A stretch of 63,787 nucleotides of DNA, counting the filler, from Pelomyxa schiedti (lineage: Eukaryota; Protista; Evosea): NCBI GenBank assembly GCA_020536535.1. It is 4 parts of 4 records of this genome, joined end to end, with 100 filler letters (N's around TTAATTAATTAA, not from the genome) between each part and the next. Parts side by side here need not be neighbours in the genome. Positions count along the whole stretch, not along the records: positions 62,053 to 63,787 come from JAHLWZ010002300.1; 3 more parts are not named here. One strand, written 5' to 3'. The notes beneath the pieces are model-generated. The model had not been told where the DNA came from. It did not search any database and saw only the letters and a program-made list of their open reading frames with translations. A program made the position numbers and the translations under genes. Of the stretch, positions 63,232 through 63,787 are shown piece by piece. Position 1 is the stretch's first letter; the number at the start of each line of letters is the position of its first letter.

Positions 63232-63680
63232 CATAATTGCCCGATAAGGCAATTTCAATTTTTTGCGACAACAGCAAGGACTTGGGTGCCCCAACAGGGC
63301 CCTCGGGGGTTACTTGACAACACCCATGAACACAGCCACACACCCGCGGGCAAGCAGGTCCTGTTGAGGAGATCTCAGTCTTTTTTTTTTAATTGATTGA
63401 AATTTTAACGGTAAAATTATGCACCCGGACTCAAAGAGATATTGGAGGTGAGGCAAGATTGAGGGTGTAAATGAACCTGAGAAAGCGGAGCAAAGCCGCA
63501 CGTATTCTCCTGGACCTGCCTGTCAGTCCGCGTGCATAATTTGTCCGATAAGGCAATTTCGATTTTTTGGGTGCCCCAACAGGGGCCCTCGGGGGTTACT
63601 TCACAACCCCCATGAACACAGCCACACACCCGCGGGCAAGCAGGTCCTGTCGTACAACTCAAAGAGATATGGAGAGGGGG
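63232..63680. repeat. Imperfect direct repeat of ~120-130 bp, period ~300 bp
   Basis: gcataatt..ccgataaggcaatttc..gggtgccccaacagg..cgcgggcaagcaggtcctgt at ~63232-63364 and ~63534-63650. actcaaagagatat also recurs at ~63429 and ~63657. Confidence 0.85.
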
Positions 63681-63787
63681 ATTTACCTTGGCGACGTTAC
63701 ACTGTAAGTGGAAAATCCACCACCTATTCTCAGGTGAAACGAGAAAAAGAAGAAAGAAGAAGCCACACACTAGTGGCCAAACTGCTG

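Noticed and set aside
1-63787. Prokaryotic operon, CRISPR array, rRNA or tRNA genes
   Set aside because: Spliceosomal introns occur throughout, and no repeat-spacer array or recognisable structural RNA was seen by eye. tRNAscan and Infernal were not run.

Overview
Eukaryotic, gene-dense genomic scaffold with many short (40-120 nt) spliceosomal introns. The gene families and style suggest an amoebozoan, possibly an archamoeba such as Pelomyxa (inference). Contents, in order: two tandem TRIM-like genes (RING, two B-boxes, coiled coil, FN3, glycine-rich domain) whose C-terminal loops are hypervariable; a 4-exon DUF1353-like gene with an acylation-type Cys-rich N-terminus; a myristoylated NCS-type EF-hand/RhoGAP fusion; an O-methyltransferase; an intact Roco kinase; a class-3 lipase with a FFAT-like motif; a putative CHAT/caspase-like protease; a decayed non-LTR retrotransposon; decayed duplicate fragments of downstream genes; an ankyrin-like repeat protein; an ArgRS paralog lacking the HIGH motif; several members of an intronless lineage-specific family; a UBR N-recognin E3 ligase; a small membrane protein; a degenerate Roco (pseudo-GTPase/pseudokinase); and a FEX/CrcB fluoride channel. 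Five 100-nt assembly gaps limit adjacency claims. Exon structures were read by hand, and no database searches were run.
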